Shown: positions 1 through 13,245 of the stretch, piece after piece
Numbering within the stretch: the first letter of the stretch is position 1
How the letters are laid out: every line of letters begins with the position of its first letter
Source of the DNA: the human T2T-CHM13v2.0 reference genome, Homo sapiens
Length of the DNA: 64,000 nucleotides
Direction: 5' to 3' (one strand)
Assembly: GCF_009914755.1 (NCBI RefSeq)
Contig: NC_060932.1
The notes under the pieces: model-generated
What the model saw: the letters and a program-made list of their open reading frames with translations, nothing else
Databases searched by the model: none
Told to the model about the DNA's origin: nothing
Made by a program: the position numbers and the translations under genes

Positions 1-520
1 TATCACATTTACTTCCACAAAATTGTTTTAAGGTTTAGTTCTCTTTACATCTCTAGAAAATCAATCACTCCCCTTCTCCATTTAAAAAAAAATATGTTTA
101 AAAAAGAAAATTATTATTTTGTTTGCAGCAAAAGAGTAATTTTTCTCCCCCACCAGATTATTCCAAAATTAAAATATAGGCAAGAAATGCCAGATATTTT
201 GAAATTTTCATATCTTGATTGTACCTCAAACAGGGTATTTGTGGTAAATGCACATATTTTATTTCCTTTTCTGTCTAATGAAAGATATTTCTATCATTAT
301 TTGTAACAGTTCTAGGCATGGAGCCAGCACATTGATTACTAACAATTTAAAAGAACAAGAAGAGTTGTAGTGTTAGGGCCAAGTGAAAGTCAAATTCAAT
401 CTAGCAAATTTTCAAAACTGAACTAACACTTAGGGAAGTCGGCTCTCTCTTCTGCTCGTGGGAGCATTGTAAGTTTTCTAGAAGGTGGACTGGCATATTT
501 GGCTTGCTTTCTTTGTCTTC

Positions 521-616
521 ATATATATATGTATATATATGTGTATATATATATGTATATATGTATATATATATGTATATATATATGTATGTATATGTAT
601 ATATATATATATATAT
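521..616. repeat. Interrupted (TA)n/(TATG)n microsatellite
   Basis: Direct inspection: TA repeat punctuated by G. Confidence 0.95.
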
Positions 617-720
617 GCATTCTTCTGAAATGAACCACTTCTGTAGAGAGAGAGAAACTAAACTGCCTCAGCTCTCATCGTTTGCTTGCCGGACCTCCTT
701 TCCAGCCCCGGTCCTTCTGC

Positions 721-835
721 CCAGACTGTGAACTCCATAGGAGCAAGGTTTATCTTATTTTTTCCTTGTATGCACAGTAACTTACACATAGTAAGCCCTT
801 AGTAATGATTTGCACACTAAATTAATTTTGAATGA
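721..835 (+). mobile_element. L2 3'-end fragment
   Basis: ccagactgtgaactccat...cacatagtaagcccttagtaa resembles the L2 3' terminus. Confidence 0.55.
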
Positions 836-887
836 ACTGAGTATAGGATTTGGTTATCCTAAATTAATTTTTTAAAAGGCCTCTAAA

Positions 888-1750
888 AGCACATACCCTT
901 TTGTCCAACAGTTCTATAAATTTATGCCAAGTACAGAGGACTTTACATTTGCAAAGATATGTGATAAGGATGTTTATCACAACTTTATTATACTACTGCA
1001 AAGTGCAAACAACCTAAACATCTACTGTGGAGTGAACTGCGTCCCCCTGCAAATTCATATGTTGAAGCCTTAACCCCCAATGTGTTGGTAGTTGGAGATG
1101 GGACTTTTAAGAGGTAATTAGGTTAAGATGAAATAAGGATGGTGGAGCCCCCATGATGGGGTTAGTCCCCTTGTAAGAAGAGACACCAGAGAGCTTGCTC
1201 TCTATCTCATCCTGCCATGTGAGAACATAGCAGGTTGGTGGCCAATCACAAATCAGGAAGAGACCCCTCAGCAGAAACCAACCATACTGGCACCTTGATC
1301 TCAGATTTCCAGTCTCCAGAACTGTGAGAAAACAAGTTTTTGTTGTTTAAGCCACACACTCTATGGCATTTTGTTACGGCAACCCATGCTGACGCAGACC
1401 AATATCTAAGAGTAGGAAATTGGTTATATAAATGATAGTAAATACATACATAGATGATTGTGCAGTCATTCTTTAGCAGACTTGTAATATGGGAACATTT
1501 TCATTATGTTTAAGTGAAAAGCCAGACTATAAGACAGTATTAACTATGGTACTATTTTTTATAAAAACTAATTTATATACACATACGACATATCCAATTT
1601 ATTTTAAAAATACAAGGTCACATATCAAAATGTGAACAAATAATTGTTTCTAAGAGATTGAATTACAGGTTATTTGTCTTTCGTTTTTCTTTGTGCTTTT
1701 ACAAGTTCTGCATTTTAAATATTTTTTACTTTTGTAATCAGGAAAATCAA
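888..1750 (+). mobile_element. Old L1M (L1ME-like) 3' fragment interrupted by the MLT1A LTR
   Basis: catacccttt...aaggatgtttatcac...aacaacctaaacatc resumes after the LTR as agtaggaaattggttatataaatg, the ORF2-end/3'UTR motif order of L1M. Confidence 0.6.
1023..1401 (+). mobile_element. MLT1A/MLT1A0 MaLR solo LTR
   Basis: aaattcatatgttgaagcctaacccccaatgtg...agagacaccagagagcttgctctct...ctatggcattttgttac matches the MLT1A0 consensus. Degenerate 5-bp TSD acatc (1018-1022)/atatc (1402-1406). Confidence 0.85.
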
Positions 1751-4069
1751 TTAAGAGATTTTTTTGTTGGTTGTTGTTAATGAGCCAACATCCATTCCAG
1801 GAAGTGACATTGAAAATGAAGAGGCAGCTCAGGAGGTACCTTCAGGAGGTACCTTCTCAGACCCAGGAGTCTTGCTGCATGAGAACAGAAAGCTCCCAGC
1901 TCCAGCCAGTAGCCTCTTGATGTACTAAGAGACAGAGTTCAGAGCTCTGATAGCAACGTGAACCTCACCTAATGAAAATGCTCTCTATTTGCCTCTCTTT
2001 CTGCTTTTTATCTAATCACTATTCACTTGCCAATTTCCTGGATATTTTTGCTCATTGGATTAAAAAGACTAGTAAGCTAAAAAAGAGTCAGGAAATCTTT
2101 AACAAGTAGAAGCAGAAAGATTTTTTAATGAGCTAAAGAGACCTTTAGAAATTGAAACGAAATGAAGAGAAATGTTTCAAGCAGAAAATGACTTGGCTTT
2201 TTTATACGTCCCCCCCAGACCTATTTTAAATCCCCAGTACACTCACTCATTTGCCTAATTTCCACACAGTTTGAAAATTTGTTTAGCTATCAAATATTTT
2301 AGCAATAAAACTGAAAACTCAGAAATAGGGATAAGGGCCTCATCTTCCCTTCGCTATTGTAGTAAGCTCATTAACCAAGACTTTTGCTCCTCTTTTCTTT
2401 GTTCTTTTTTGTCGTACAGCTCATTATAGTAGCACATATGTATAACTTTACTGCAGTGTTATAAAGTGGAAGCATTTTTATAGCTTACATTCAAAAGCCA
2501 AGTAGAGCTACCAGTCTATGTATTTGCTAGGTGACCCTCAGCCCTCAGCATAGATAAAGTCTTTATACCTTGGCATCTTGTTTGAAGTATTGGCAAAGTC
2601 TGTATATAATGGGAAAGGCTGTGGTTCTCTTACATTGTCACAAAGTATGTGAAGGAACCATTAGCCAGGAGAATTACATGGACTTCCTGTGAAATGGCTG
2701 ATGGCACACAAATTCATAGTACAATAAGTCACAAGGAGGATTAGACAAGAGATCATATATCATGACTGAAAAACACAGAATGTAACATTGAAGATCCTTT
2801 ATATAAGAAGGAAATAGACTTGCTAGTATTTCTAGGAACTGATTACAGATTCTTTAGCTATTTTAAAGCATAGTTTTATGGAGTGCACATAAATAATAGT
2901 CTTAGCAATACGGCACATTTTTCCATTTATAGACTTTATTTGACTACCAGAATTATATATCCAAAAATGCAAGGAAAATGAAACTAATTTGGAAAGCATA
3001 AAAACCAGTTCAAAACTGCAGAAAACAGCATGCAGTCTCCTTGTTGGGTAACTTGTAATTGTCCTGTTACCTGAACCATGTTGCAGTTATGAAACCTTGC
3101 AGAAGAATGGAGGCCAACTCTCCTTTTAATTCCAGGGCTTCCAGAAATGTCCCTGTTCTCAGTTTGCCTCTGTTTTCCAGACATTTCTGCTCAGTTTTTA
3201 ACTTGAGAGAATGGAAATAAACGTTAACCCCATGTATTGTTGACTAAATATTCGGGTCAAATATCTGTATTATTTATAATGCTTTCATTTAGCCTGGTTA
3301 GGTATGGCACTCAGTTATTCCTCACAGAGAAGCTGATCAAGAAATGTCATACACGGCATTCCATCCTATTCCTGTTAATCCTGCTTTCTGGTCTTGTTTC
3401 TTTGATCTATACATTCATCTATAAGAGCTAGATTAATGAATAATCATTCAGGACTAGTTAAAACAAAGACTAGATCAGACAAACCAATGAACACCTACAT
3501 GTATTATGTTTCAAGCACCATACTCTTCTAAAATATAAAATGAGACTGTAGCCATGGTCTGTGACACCAGCAGATGTAGATAGATATCTATGATATAATA
3601 TATAATGTGATACATACTATAATGGAGGTATTAATATAAATATGGGAAAATTAGCTGCACCTAAATTAATAATTAATTTTTTACCTGTAAAGCAAAGGGA
3701 GAGGGGAGGGAAAGTAATACAAGAGAAGTTACTGAAAAGGAGTAACATTTAGACTGGGCCTGGAAGTATCGTGAGGTCTTTGCCAGAGAAAGCAACACAG
3801 GGTATTGCAAAAAGAGCAATAAACCATTTGTTTATAACTGACATTATTCTTCAAAGAATTTGAGGTGAATTTAAGTTAAGTGGTTTATCTTGCAATAAAG
3901 TAAATAAATAAAACTTTAGTGTTAGGAAACTATAAACAAGAGTACAACGTTAAAGACTGGGTTTAGATTAGGATGCATGTGAAGACCATGATGTCTTTCA
4001 CAGTTAACAAAAACTGAGAGATAAACCTGTGTCCTGGCAATTAAAGTGATCAAAGAAACTCTTTGTAAC

Positions 4070-4205
4070 TTGGGATCACTATTTAGTTGTGCTCCAGCTC
4101 TGGGTGTCAGTTTGTCATCTGCACAATGAGGAGTTCCCACTGCATGGAGTTGTGGTAAAGATGGTGTAAAGCACATGGCCCATAGGAAGTGCTGAGGAAA
4201 TCTCA
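4070..4205 (+). mobile_element. MIR fragment
   Basis: tcagtttgtcatctgcacaatgag...gttgtggtaaagat...tggcccataggaagtgct, MIR core and 3' end. Confidence 0.6.
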
Positions 4206-4595
4206 GTTGACCTTCAGACCTAGTGTCCATTGACTTTGCATATTGTTCTGCTAGGAATGCGCACCAATACTATTCCAGTGGTCCATTTTCTATTTTTTTA
4301 ATTTGGAAATATTACTTTGGGCTTCTGCTCCAGCATTTTGGATATAGAGGACCCTGAAGGTTAAAAACTGACTCTTAAATGCAAACTCACAGGGAGGCCA
4401 ATTTCCTGACCATACACGGGTTCTCAGAAAGAGAAATCTGCAGTAAATTGTCACATGTGAAGTTTCACTTGATATCAGTATATTCCAGAACATCCTTTCC
4501 TCTTAGCAAATGTTTGAGGAAGACAAATCCATTTTATGAAGTACGAAGACAGTTGACAATGTTCACAACTCCATCTCCTAAGAATATTTGGGTCT

Positions 4596-4891
4596 TGCCG
4601 GGCGCGGTGGCTCATGCCAGTAATCCCAGCATTTTGGGAGGCCAACACGGGTGGATCACCTGAGGTCAGGAGTTCGAGACCAGCCTGACCAACATGGAGA
4701 AACGCTGTCTCTACTAAAAATACAAAATTAGTTGGGTGTGGTGGCACATGTTTGTAATCCCAGCTACTTGGGAGGCTGAGGCAGGAGAATCGCTTGAACC
4801 CGGGAGGCGGGGCTTGCGGTTAGCTGAGATCATGTGTCATTACACTCCAGCCTGGGCAACAAGAGCAAAACTCCGTCTCAAAAAAAAAAAA
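4596..4891 (+). mobile_element. AluS (AluSp-like), full length
   Basis: Dimeric Alu with cctgaccaacatggagaaac, tacaaaattag and ggcaacaagagc diagnostics. A-tail followed by CA/TA low-complexity sequence. Confidence 0.95.
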
Positions 4892-7864
4892 GATTACACA
4901 CATATATATATACACACATACCTACATATAAATATATGGTCTTAATGGGGGGCAGAGAATAAACTTTTAATTTGGTCATTTCAGTTCTTTGATAAACATG
5001 GGGAGAGAAATTTTCCTGATAATTCTGTGGTGCTGTTGTTTTTGGTGTTGTTTAATGTAAAGTTCCTTCTTGATGCCCGTAGACATCATCCCACATAGGA
5101 AGCCCCCAATTCTGTCTGCTCCTGAGGGGAGAACTTATGCTATACATTAGTAGCAAAACTTTCATTGTCGCCTAGAGGGTGGGGGAGGAGTTGAGCTTGT
5201 TAAGGGCCAACTAGAGCCAAAAGTACATTTATAGTTTTGCTTTCGATGCATCTCCCCTTGCGACTTTTCTTTTCTGTAAGCAGTCAACTGCCATTCCAAA
5301 TACATTTCAATAAATTTTAACCTGGATATCTAAAAGAGCCTTTGATGAAATCTAGATTAATTTGTATTAATTTCAAATTAAATGTCAATTGAATACTAAA
5401 ATCATATTAGGAAATAACAGTGTATCATGCTTATCTTAATGATTGATTAATTATACCTGTTGTGATTTGCCTTTTTTATTAATCTAGCAAAGTCTTACTG
5501 AGTTCATAATAAGGCAATAACTCACAAACTAATTCATTTGTCCTGGTTCCTTCACAGTCAATGTCATTTTTTTCATTTTCCCTTTTTAATAAATATTAAG
5601 ATGTGAAGGGAAAAAAGCAATTAGCTCTTTCTTAGATACTTTTACTTTGAATACTGAACCTCCAAAGATAAAATGGCAGAGTTAAATCATCTAAGTAAAA
5701 TATAGTATGTGTAGAGAGAAAGAATATAGCATATAATTTTTTAAACATCAGAATCATAACGTGTAATTAAGCCCAATGTTGAACTACTGAAGACCAGCCA
5801 ACTTGGACAATTTCTTATAATCGTATTTTTAAGAAATTGTTCAGATAACTCTCACTAAAACAAACCACCTTAGACTATTAAAAAAAAATGAGAAAACTTC
5901 ATACCAGAAGAAGATGTTCTCCTCTACAAAAGCAGTGGTGCAGGGGTTTAGCTTTCCTGACCAGGAAGCCATGGTTAACCGTTCTTCCTATTCCTTCCCT
6001 TCTGTTGTGTGTCATTTCACTAAGGGCTAGGAAATGATTGCTGGATGTGAGATGTGGATCCTGAATGATTCTGTTGCAGTGGCCAGAAACTCACACTTCA
6101 AAGAACTGGTCTATAAAGGTGGATTGGATGGAAGGGTGAGTGAGTGAGTGGGGAAGATGGAGAGAGTAAGAGGAAAACATCTTGCATCGTACATGTATTA
6201 TCCTATACTTTCAGAGGATGAAATGTTTTGGCTACTCACATGTTTCACTTGCAAGAAAGTCATCATATATATCAGTGATGAATAGTTCACTTAAGAATTA
6301 ACATACAATTAAATACACTGAAGACAAAACCATATTGGACATAATTAATTTCTTTTAATGATTCAGAAGGCATTTCAGAATCTGGCAATCCTCATTTTGA
6401 ACATTAATCATCATTGTATGTTAAACATGGAAGTATCTGCCAAGAGAGTTTGCCCATTAACCAAGTGTTACTGTGCTTTTAAAAATATTTCACAGACAAG
6501 AAGACAGCAGCTTCATATAAAAGTTACTAGTTTAGGAGCTGCTTTGGGCAAGGCCACTTCCTCAAGGATAAATACTGTGATGCAGTGTGGCGCTTAGTCA
6601 CAAGTGAGAGGCAGTGTTCAATGTGAGTGTGAACATATCATTTGACCTTTCTCAGCTTCCGTTGCCTCTCAGGCAATGTGGAATGCTAAGGCCACTCCTC
6701 TCAGGACAACAATGAGAAATGAAGAGGAGAGAAAAACAGATCATAAATCAATATATGTCACAGAACTTCTAATGGAAAGTGTTCTATGTTTGTACAGATA
6801 ATTGATTTTAGAAATTCTGATTCTTTGATGTCATGCCTGGTAAGCTAGATCTTTGCCAATTTCAGTCTTGTGAGTCTGGGGCCACTTTGGTTTCCTAGGA
6901 ACCAGCTGCCTAAAGATTGTCTCTGCTGAAGTCATATGTGGCATCTGGTAGCACCCATGAGTTTAGCTAATTAATCTTTGTAGAATAGAAAAGGTTTCTA
7001 CACAGTTAGATGTGAGTTCCCTGCTGAATCTCCTCCTTCAGATGCCAAGAGGAAGCCTCTGTTGGAAGTCACTGCAGCCAAGTGGATTCTATCTGGTACA
7101 GGGTGTTTTGTTTATTTCCCACAGAATATGTTTTCTTTTATTCTGTTGGCCTTGGGAGTTGAGCTGTCTGCCATAGTAGCTTTCTTACTTGTCTGTACAG
7201 TTGTCTATTCAGAGGCAGCTTATTATATGTCTAGCTGCAGGTCTTTAGTTGGAAGGTGCTACTCCTTAGCTAGAACCTGTGAGCACTACAGTTTATCGGT
7301 CTGTCAACTCAAACTCCAACTTTACAAGTGAATGTGAGGCAGAGCCCGCTTGTGTGACAAGCTGTAGTGGTGTAGTGAGTCTTCACTCCTCCCTGACTCT
7401 GCTGCTGAGAGGCAGCCCACAGGCTTCTAGGAAATGTCTGGCAACATTGTGCTGGTCACTTTCTATCCTTTGAACATTTAGACATTGCAAGAATATGTGA
7501 CTAACAGAATTGAGATATTAGTTGATAGCTAGATTTGTTTTTCAAAGGATTTTTGACTGCAAGAATTGATGAGCTAAGAAAGTACTTAGAAGCACCTAGC
7601 CAGCCCATATTTACAGCAACTGAGATGTTTCAGCCATTGCTGGTGATCCTGTGGACTTGGGGAAAGGAGTAGGTTGCATAAGCATGACTTCCATCTATTA
7701 ACTGTTTTTCAACCATGCTTGAGATTAATATTAAGTATAAGGCATTATATTAAAAATAAGATGTGTAAGAGCATCTTGTACCTCTCTAAGACTAGGCTGC
7801 CTACTCAGCCCTGGTGCTATGATGGTACTCCATGAGATGTCCCTGTCATAAAGTATATCATCCT

Positions 7865-8015
7865 GCACTATCACTTACCTGTGGCTCACCTTTCTCCCCA
7901 ACTAAAATGTAAGCACTTTGAGAGTAGTAATTTTATCTTTGCATCTCCAGCACCTAGCACTCTGCCTGATGTGTTGAAGATGCTAAAAAAAAAAACAGAA
8001 CAGATAAATGCATGA
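7865..8015 (+). mobile_element. L2 3'-end fragment
   Basis: actaaaatgtaagcactttgagag...tgcatctccagcacctagcac...gcctga. Confidence 0.7.
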
Positions 8016-8416
8016 AAAGATAAATTAACATGTAAGAGAAAGGGAGTAAGGAGGGGAAAATAGAGAGAAGGTATGGAAGAAAGTAGAACAGAAGGAGGGA
8101 AGGTCATACAAACGTGAAGGTTATTGTTATTTAGTCTGAGCAGATGTTATACTAAGAGTTGTAACTTCATTTATCACCTTTAAGCTATGTGTTCACATAG
8201 TGTGTTCAGTTTTCAAATAAAGATTTAGCAAAATGATATCCCTTTATTTACTTTTCACTTACATTGTCTTTTTAAAATACAAGCCAACTAGATTCAAGAA
8301 TTTTGACTTTGGCTTTGGTGAGACAAAGTGTAGATAATTGACATACTCCACCTCAACCAGGATGGACTTTCAACCAGGACATGCAATGAGTCTTCCATTC
8401 TTGACCAAACAGGAGG

Positions 8417-8657
8417 CAGCCTAGCATAATGGGTGAAAGCATGGGTTCTGCAATCAGATCTGGGTTCAGAGTCTACTCTACCACTAATTAAATATATGCC
8501 CTTGAATATGTGATTTATCTGAGTCATCATTTCCTCATCTGTAAAGCAGGGATTATAATGACTGTAATATAGGACTGTCAGCAGACTCAATGAAGTTTTG
8601 CCTGTAAAGCATTCAGAATGGTACCCGGCACCCTGTAGACATGTTCTACATGTTGAC
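8417..8657 (+). mobile_element. MIR, near full length
   Basis: agcataatgggtgaaagcatggg...tcagatctgggttc...tttcctcatctgtaaa...gtaaagcattcagaatggtacccggcac. Confidence 0.85.
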
Positions 8658-10999
8658 ACTCCAAAACCATCCCTTTCCAGGAAGGTAGTCGTTAGGACAG
8701 CAAGGAAGAGGAGTGTTCTGAGCTGATCACCCCAAGCTGCAGTTTCTGATTGTAGCCCCTGATTTTTGATGTAGCCCCCCGTTTGGTGTGGATGACTCGG
8801 AAGGCACCTGCTATGAGCACTGAATTCTTGGAGGTGGGAAGGGGGACAGGGTGGTTGGAGGGGGAAGCCTGACATTGAAGTGAACTAAATCTGTGCAAGT
8901 GGCTATTTTTGTCAGCCCAGCCACAGTGGGTGTGTGATCGGGCGTCTACTTTTGATCCAGCTCTTTTTATAGATGCTGCTTTTTCTTAAAGGCAACTCTC
9001 CTCAATCGTCTCCCAGGCTGCTGAGCTGATTTGGAAGATTGCTTACGGAGTATTTATCATCTGCAATCTGGAATAGAAAACATTTATATTAGTAATTAGA
9101 TACTCCTTTAAGATGTAAAAGCAGTCTCATTATCAACTGTAGCATAGATTCAGTGTAACGGTATTTTATCCATAAAGACTACAAACACAGCATTATCATT
9201 TCAAAGGTGCTTCATATTGTCAGCCTAGGCTCAACCTGTACAGGCAGCTTTGGTGAAAATAAGAGCCAACATCAGTACATCCCAGCAGCCTATTGTCTTT
9301 ATTCTTATAATGAAACTTTGACTTCAACCATTTCAAAATATGTCCCCATTATTATCACTCAGACTGGTTCACTTAGAATCCCCTAGTTCTTTCCAAAGAG
9401 CATGTATATGAAGTTACAAACTGTTGGATATAAAGGGAGGACATCTGTGTCATTTGGTGCTTTTAAATATTTTTTAAAGAATTGTCTGAAATCTTCCCTA
9501 CCTGTATTGACACACTGAAAAGGTATTTTTAAGAAGCTGGATGCTACTATGACGCCTGAACTACAGGATCCATAATACGATACCAGGTGTGTCTCTGGTA
9601 ACCATGAATGAATATTCCCCGGGAGAAGAAAGCTGAATGAGGCTCATTGCCATGCCCCCTGAATGTCTTCAATACCAAGTAGACTGAACACTACGTCTTG
9701 AAAGAGGAAATCAGTGTCAGTCAGTGAAGACGTGCTCTAGGGGATTACCTGGCTGCATGGTGCATGGAGCACCTCATAATAACAAGGAAGATTTTCGACA
9801 GCTTCAGATAAAGGTCAGCCATTTCAGAAAACTCTGAACTCTTTTCTCCCTTGTTCTTCCCCACCAGGGCCAGGCAGGTGGTCCATGCAGGCTTGTGCTA
9901 ATGAATTCGGCAGCTTGTACTGTAAGAAGTGCGTTTTCATTACTATGAACAAAACAGGCTGCAGGGGGAATTTGATAGGTGGCTTCCACTCAAAGGACAA
10001 GATGCATTTATCTGAAGGCAATTCAGTGGTTTATAATGGAAAGCAGGGCCCCTTTGTCTCCTTGTCACAATCTTCCTGTGAGCATCACCATGATTCATAG
10101 TCAAATTATAGTCACTTTATACCAACCCAGCTATTTAAATCACAGACTCCCCAGTCCACCGTCTTCACAATTCTAAATGGCATCCAGGAGTGAAGTTCCA
10201 TTATTTAACACAAATTGTACAAATAAGAATTGGTCACCAGGAAGTGACTTTTTTTTATTATTTCTTGTGCTTTGCTATAGATAAGTATTGAGGCTTTTAA
10301 AAGTACTTTGATTAGAATCACATCATTTCCCAGAAAGACATTATTTTGCTCATAAAAGTCATTGTGTATCTTACCAAAAAAAATGGCAATAATTTCCTAT
10401 TTCCCCGCAAGAAATCTGTACATCACCCTTGATACTCAGCTCGGGTAAAGGTCTCACATGCAAAAACAGCTGAGGTGATAATGTAACAAGGTATTGTCTA
10501 GATCAGTGATTCTCAAACTTTACTGTGTGGTAATGTCATCTAGTACAATCGGCAAAAATTCAGACACTGAAGCTCATTCCTACTTCATCAAGGCTGACCT
10601 TTCTATTCTGTATGTTCTCTCCAGGTATTAATACATATTGGACTAGCTAGTTTTATTTGCTTAGTATATTAAGAAGAAGAACAATCCTGGTCTGTCTTTT
10701 GGGAGCAGTAGGGCACAGTTTGTGTAGGAATATGCATGTAATAGACACAGTATGCATAGCAGTCTTTTACTAAATGGATTGCCAGTCCCTTAGTCTTTTG
10801 ATTTGTTCAGATCCAACAAGATTGCTGTTAATGGATGTTGTTAAGATGTATCGCAGAAACTGGGCAGAGTGGGCCAAATTTCATCTTTCATATAAATTAT
10901 AGCTTCCCAGTAAATCAAACTACAAGTTGATAGACAAGTTGTTTGATGATTGCTACTGCTTAGAGAATACGGTATGGAAACAATTTCCATATATTTTTG

Positions 11000-11334
11000 C
11001 AGGCCCACAAGATTTTAATCTGTGATTCCAAAATTCCAACAACACTGAAAACTGAAATATTTCTCAAGTTTTACACCAAAACTCACTTGACAGCAAAACT
11101 TGGCCTGAACTGATGTGAGGCTACTAATAGCCTTTACTTATTGTATAATTACACAACTTAATGTGAATATTGAAACATTTCACTGAAAAAATATAAATGA
11201 TTTGGATTCTCTGATGGCCATATTATACAAATTCAATATATATAACCTATTGTCCCTCTATCATTTAAAAAAAAAAGCTTGAAATCTAAAATATATCTGG
11301 CCCCAAGATGTTTGGATATGAGGTTGTGGACCAG
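11000..11334. mobile_element. Non-autonomous DNA transposon (MER96B-like)
   Basis: Terminal inverted repeats caggcccacaa / ttgtggaccag. Internal cctgaactgatgtgaggct and tctggccccaag match the recalled MER96B consensus. Confidence 0.7.
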
Positions 11335-13085
11335 AAATATATTATTCTATTTTGACGATGGAGAACTGGAGGACTTGTCTCCTACCTTGGTTTTATCCCA
11401 AGAGTTGTTATTAGTAAAATTCAACAAGATAATCAGTTTCCAAGGTTCATTAGTTGAAACCTAAAATGATTAACTCGTCTTAAGAATCCATGACAAGTGT
11501 TAATGTTCATTCATTACTCAACCATGGATTCTCCTTACATTTGTTTGACAAGATGCCATGTTTGAAGCAAACAAAAGAAGAGTTTGCTTGGTTTTCAAAT
11601 TCATTTCTTATTATCCCCTACCTTCCAGCCAACTCTTTCAGCACCCCCGCTTCAGTCTCTATCTAACAAGATACAAGGATAATGCATTCTAAATTAACCT
11701 AAAGTTTATAACTGAAATTGAAATAAAGGTAAATACAATGGTAAAAACTGAGCCAAGTTAACATAACATGTGATTAGTTATTTTGGAATGATGTCAGAGA
11801 TTTCTTTGGGAGCACTCTACTGCAGCGGACCTCAACTGCTGAGAAATTTAATATTATTCCTGCTGTAGTAAATGTACTGGTGATTGCTTGGAAGATATGC
11901 TCCTTGAAAGAATATACATATATAAATATTTTTCTATCCTTGTATATACATTTATGTATGTTACATGTTAACCTAAATAATTTATAATTGTGCTTTACAA
12001 TTGTGCAGCATTGAAATGTAGTTGCTATTTTTTTTTTTTTTGCTCTTTTGTTATGGTTGTTTTTGTTTGTATTATTAGGCACACAAGAAACCAAGGTGAC
12101 TGAAAATTTACAGTTAGTAAAAAATACTCTTTCTCAGGATATTTAAGCATAAAATAAGCTTTGTGAAAGAGTCTAATGATAGTTCTGATTTTTTAACATA
12201 AGCTTGGATTATAGTTTAGTTTGCAAATAATTTCTGAACTAAATAAACAGCAATGTACTTGCCTTCCAACTAAGGACCATTAGTTGTGATTGATCATATC
12301 TGGATTTTACCAACTATATTAAGCAATAAATGCTTCTTTGGGCAAAATTGATAGCCTGTTCTGATTAAAATCTTGGCTTCAATTCAGAGTTACTGTGGGA
12401 CAAGGTTACACCTTCACAGCTTGTAAACATGGCTACTTAGCAGTGTTCATTAATGCAAATTAGTTGAAGATAAATGTTCTCAATAGTTGTATTTAAAGAG
12501 AATGTAGATCCTTCTGTGATGTTTTCTAGTACATAGCCAGATTCAATGTTTAGTTTCAGCTATTATAATTGGCAAACTTCATGGCAGCATGGAAGACATC
12601 ATGATTGAGGTATTGAGTTGCAAATTGAGTCCTCTGCGGTAAGATGGGAAGATTACTAAATTTATTAGTACTAACTAGTAGTTGGACGTGGCAATGGGGT
12701 GGACTGGGGCAACAGTTGAGGAGGACTGTCTTGCTGTAGGTTGAAGAACAGACAATAGTCTGCATTCCTTCTCCTCAGAAGAATACACAAAACTCAGTTC
12801 TTCATGGTTACAGAGCCTTTAACTCCTAACATTTGTTTTTCAGATTCCCTAGTTTTGATGGCATTTCTACTATAATTTAGAAACACCTCTATCAGGTACC
12901 ACTAAAAAAATATCCAAATGAGATGCAGGATTTTCCTCATTTTGGAAATGGTGGCCCTAGACCCACTTTAGCCTTGCACCATGCATGTATAATCCAAGAA
13001 TTTCCAGACTATTTATATCAAAAATATACCCGTTTACACAAATTGACATACTCTAAACCAATATAGTTTTCAGAGATTCTTTAAA

Positions 13086-13245
13086 AGAGTTCTCAACTTA
13101 AGGGCCTCTCTGAGAGATGGGGTTTGGGTAGCCAATGCTCTGTTATATGTAAGAATTGTGTATTTTCTCCTGGAAGATGATCCATAATGTCCACCAACTT
13201 CTCAGAGGCTCCATGACACCTCAAGAAAGGTTAAGAGCCCTCATT
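13086..13245. mobile_element. hAT-Charlie MITE fragment (MER103-like)
   Basis: gttctcaac start and ...ttctcagaggctccatgacacc...aaaggttaagagcc end. Confidence 0.5.

Noticed and set aside
8294-8875. Longest ORF (193 aa, minus strand)
   Set aside because: It runs through an antisense MIR (YNPCFTDEE is the typical MIR translation) and has no recognisable domain.
9697-9748. Minus-strand donor CAG|GTAATC upstream of the 9696 acceptor
   Set aside because: The intron would be only 52 nt, below the practical mammalian minimum.
12560-12638. Possible plus-strand exon (tttcAG...GCG|GTAAGA, 79 nt)
   Set aside because: Weak polypyrimidine tract with a competing upstream AG, not frame-preserving, and the peptide is unrecognised.
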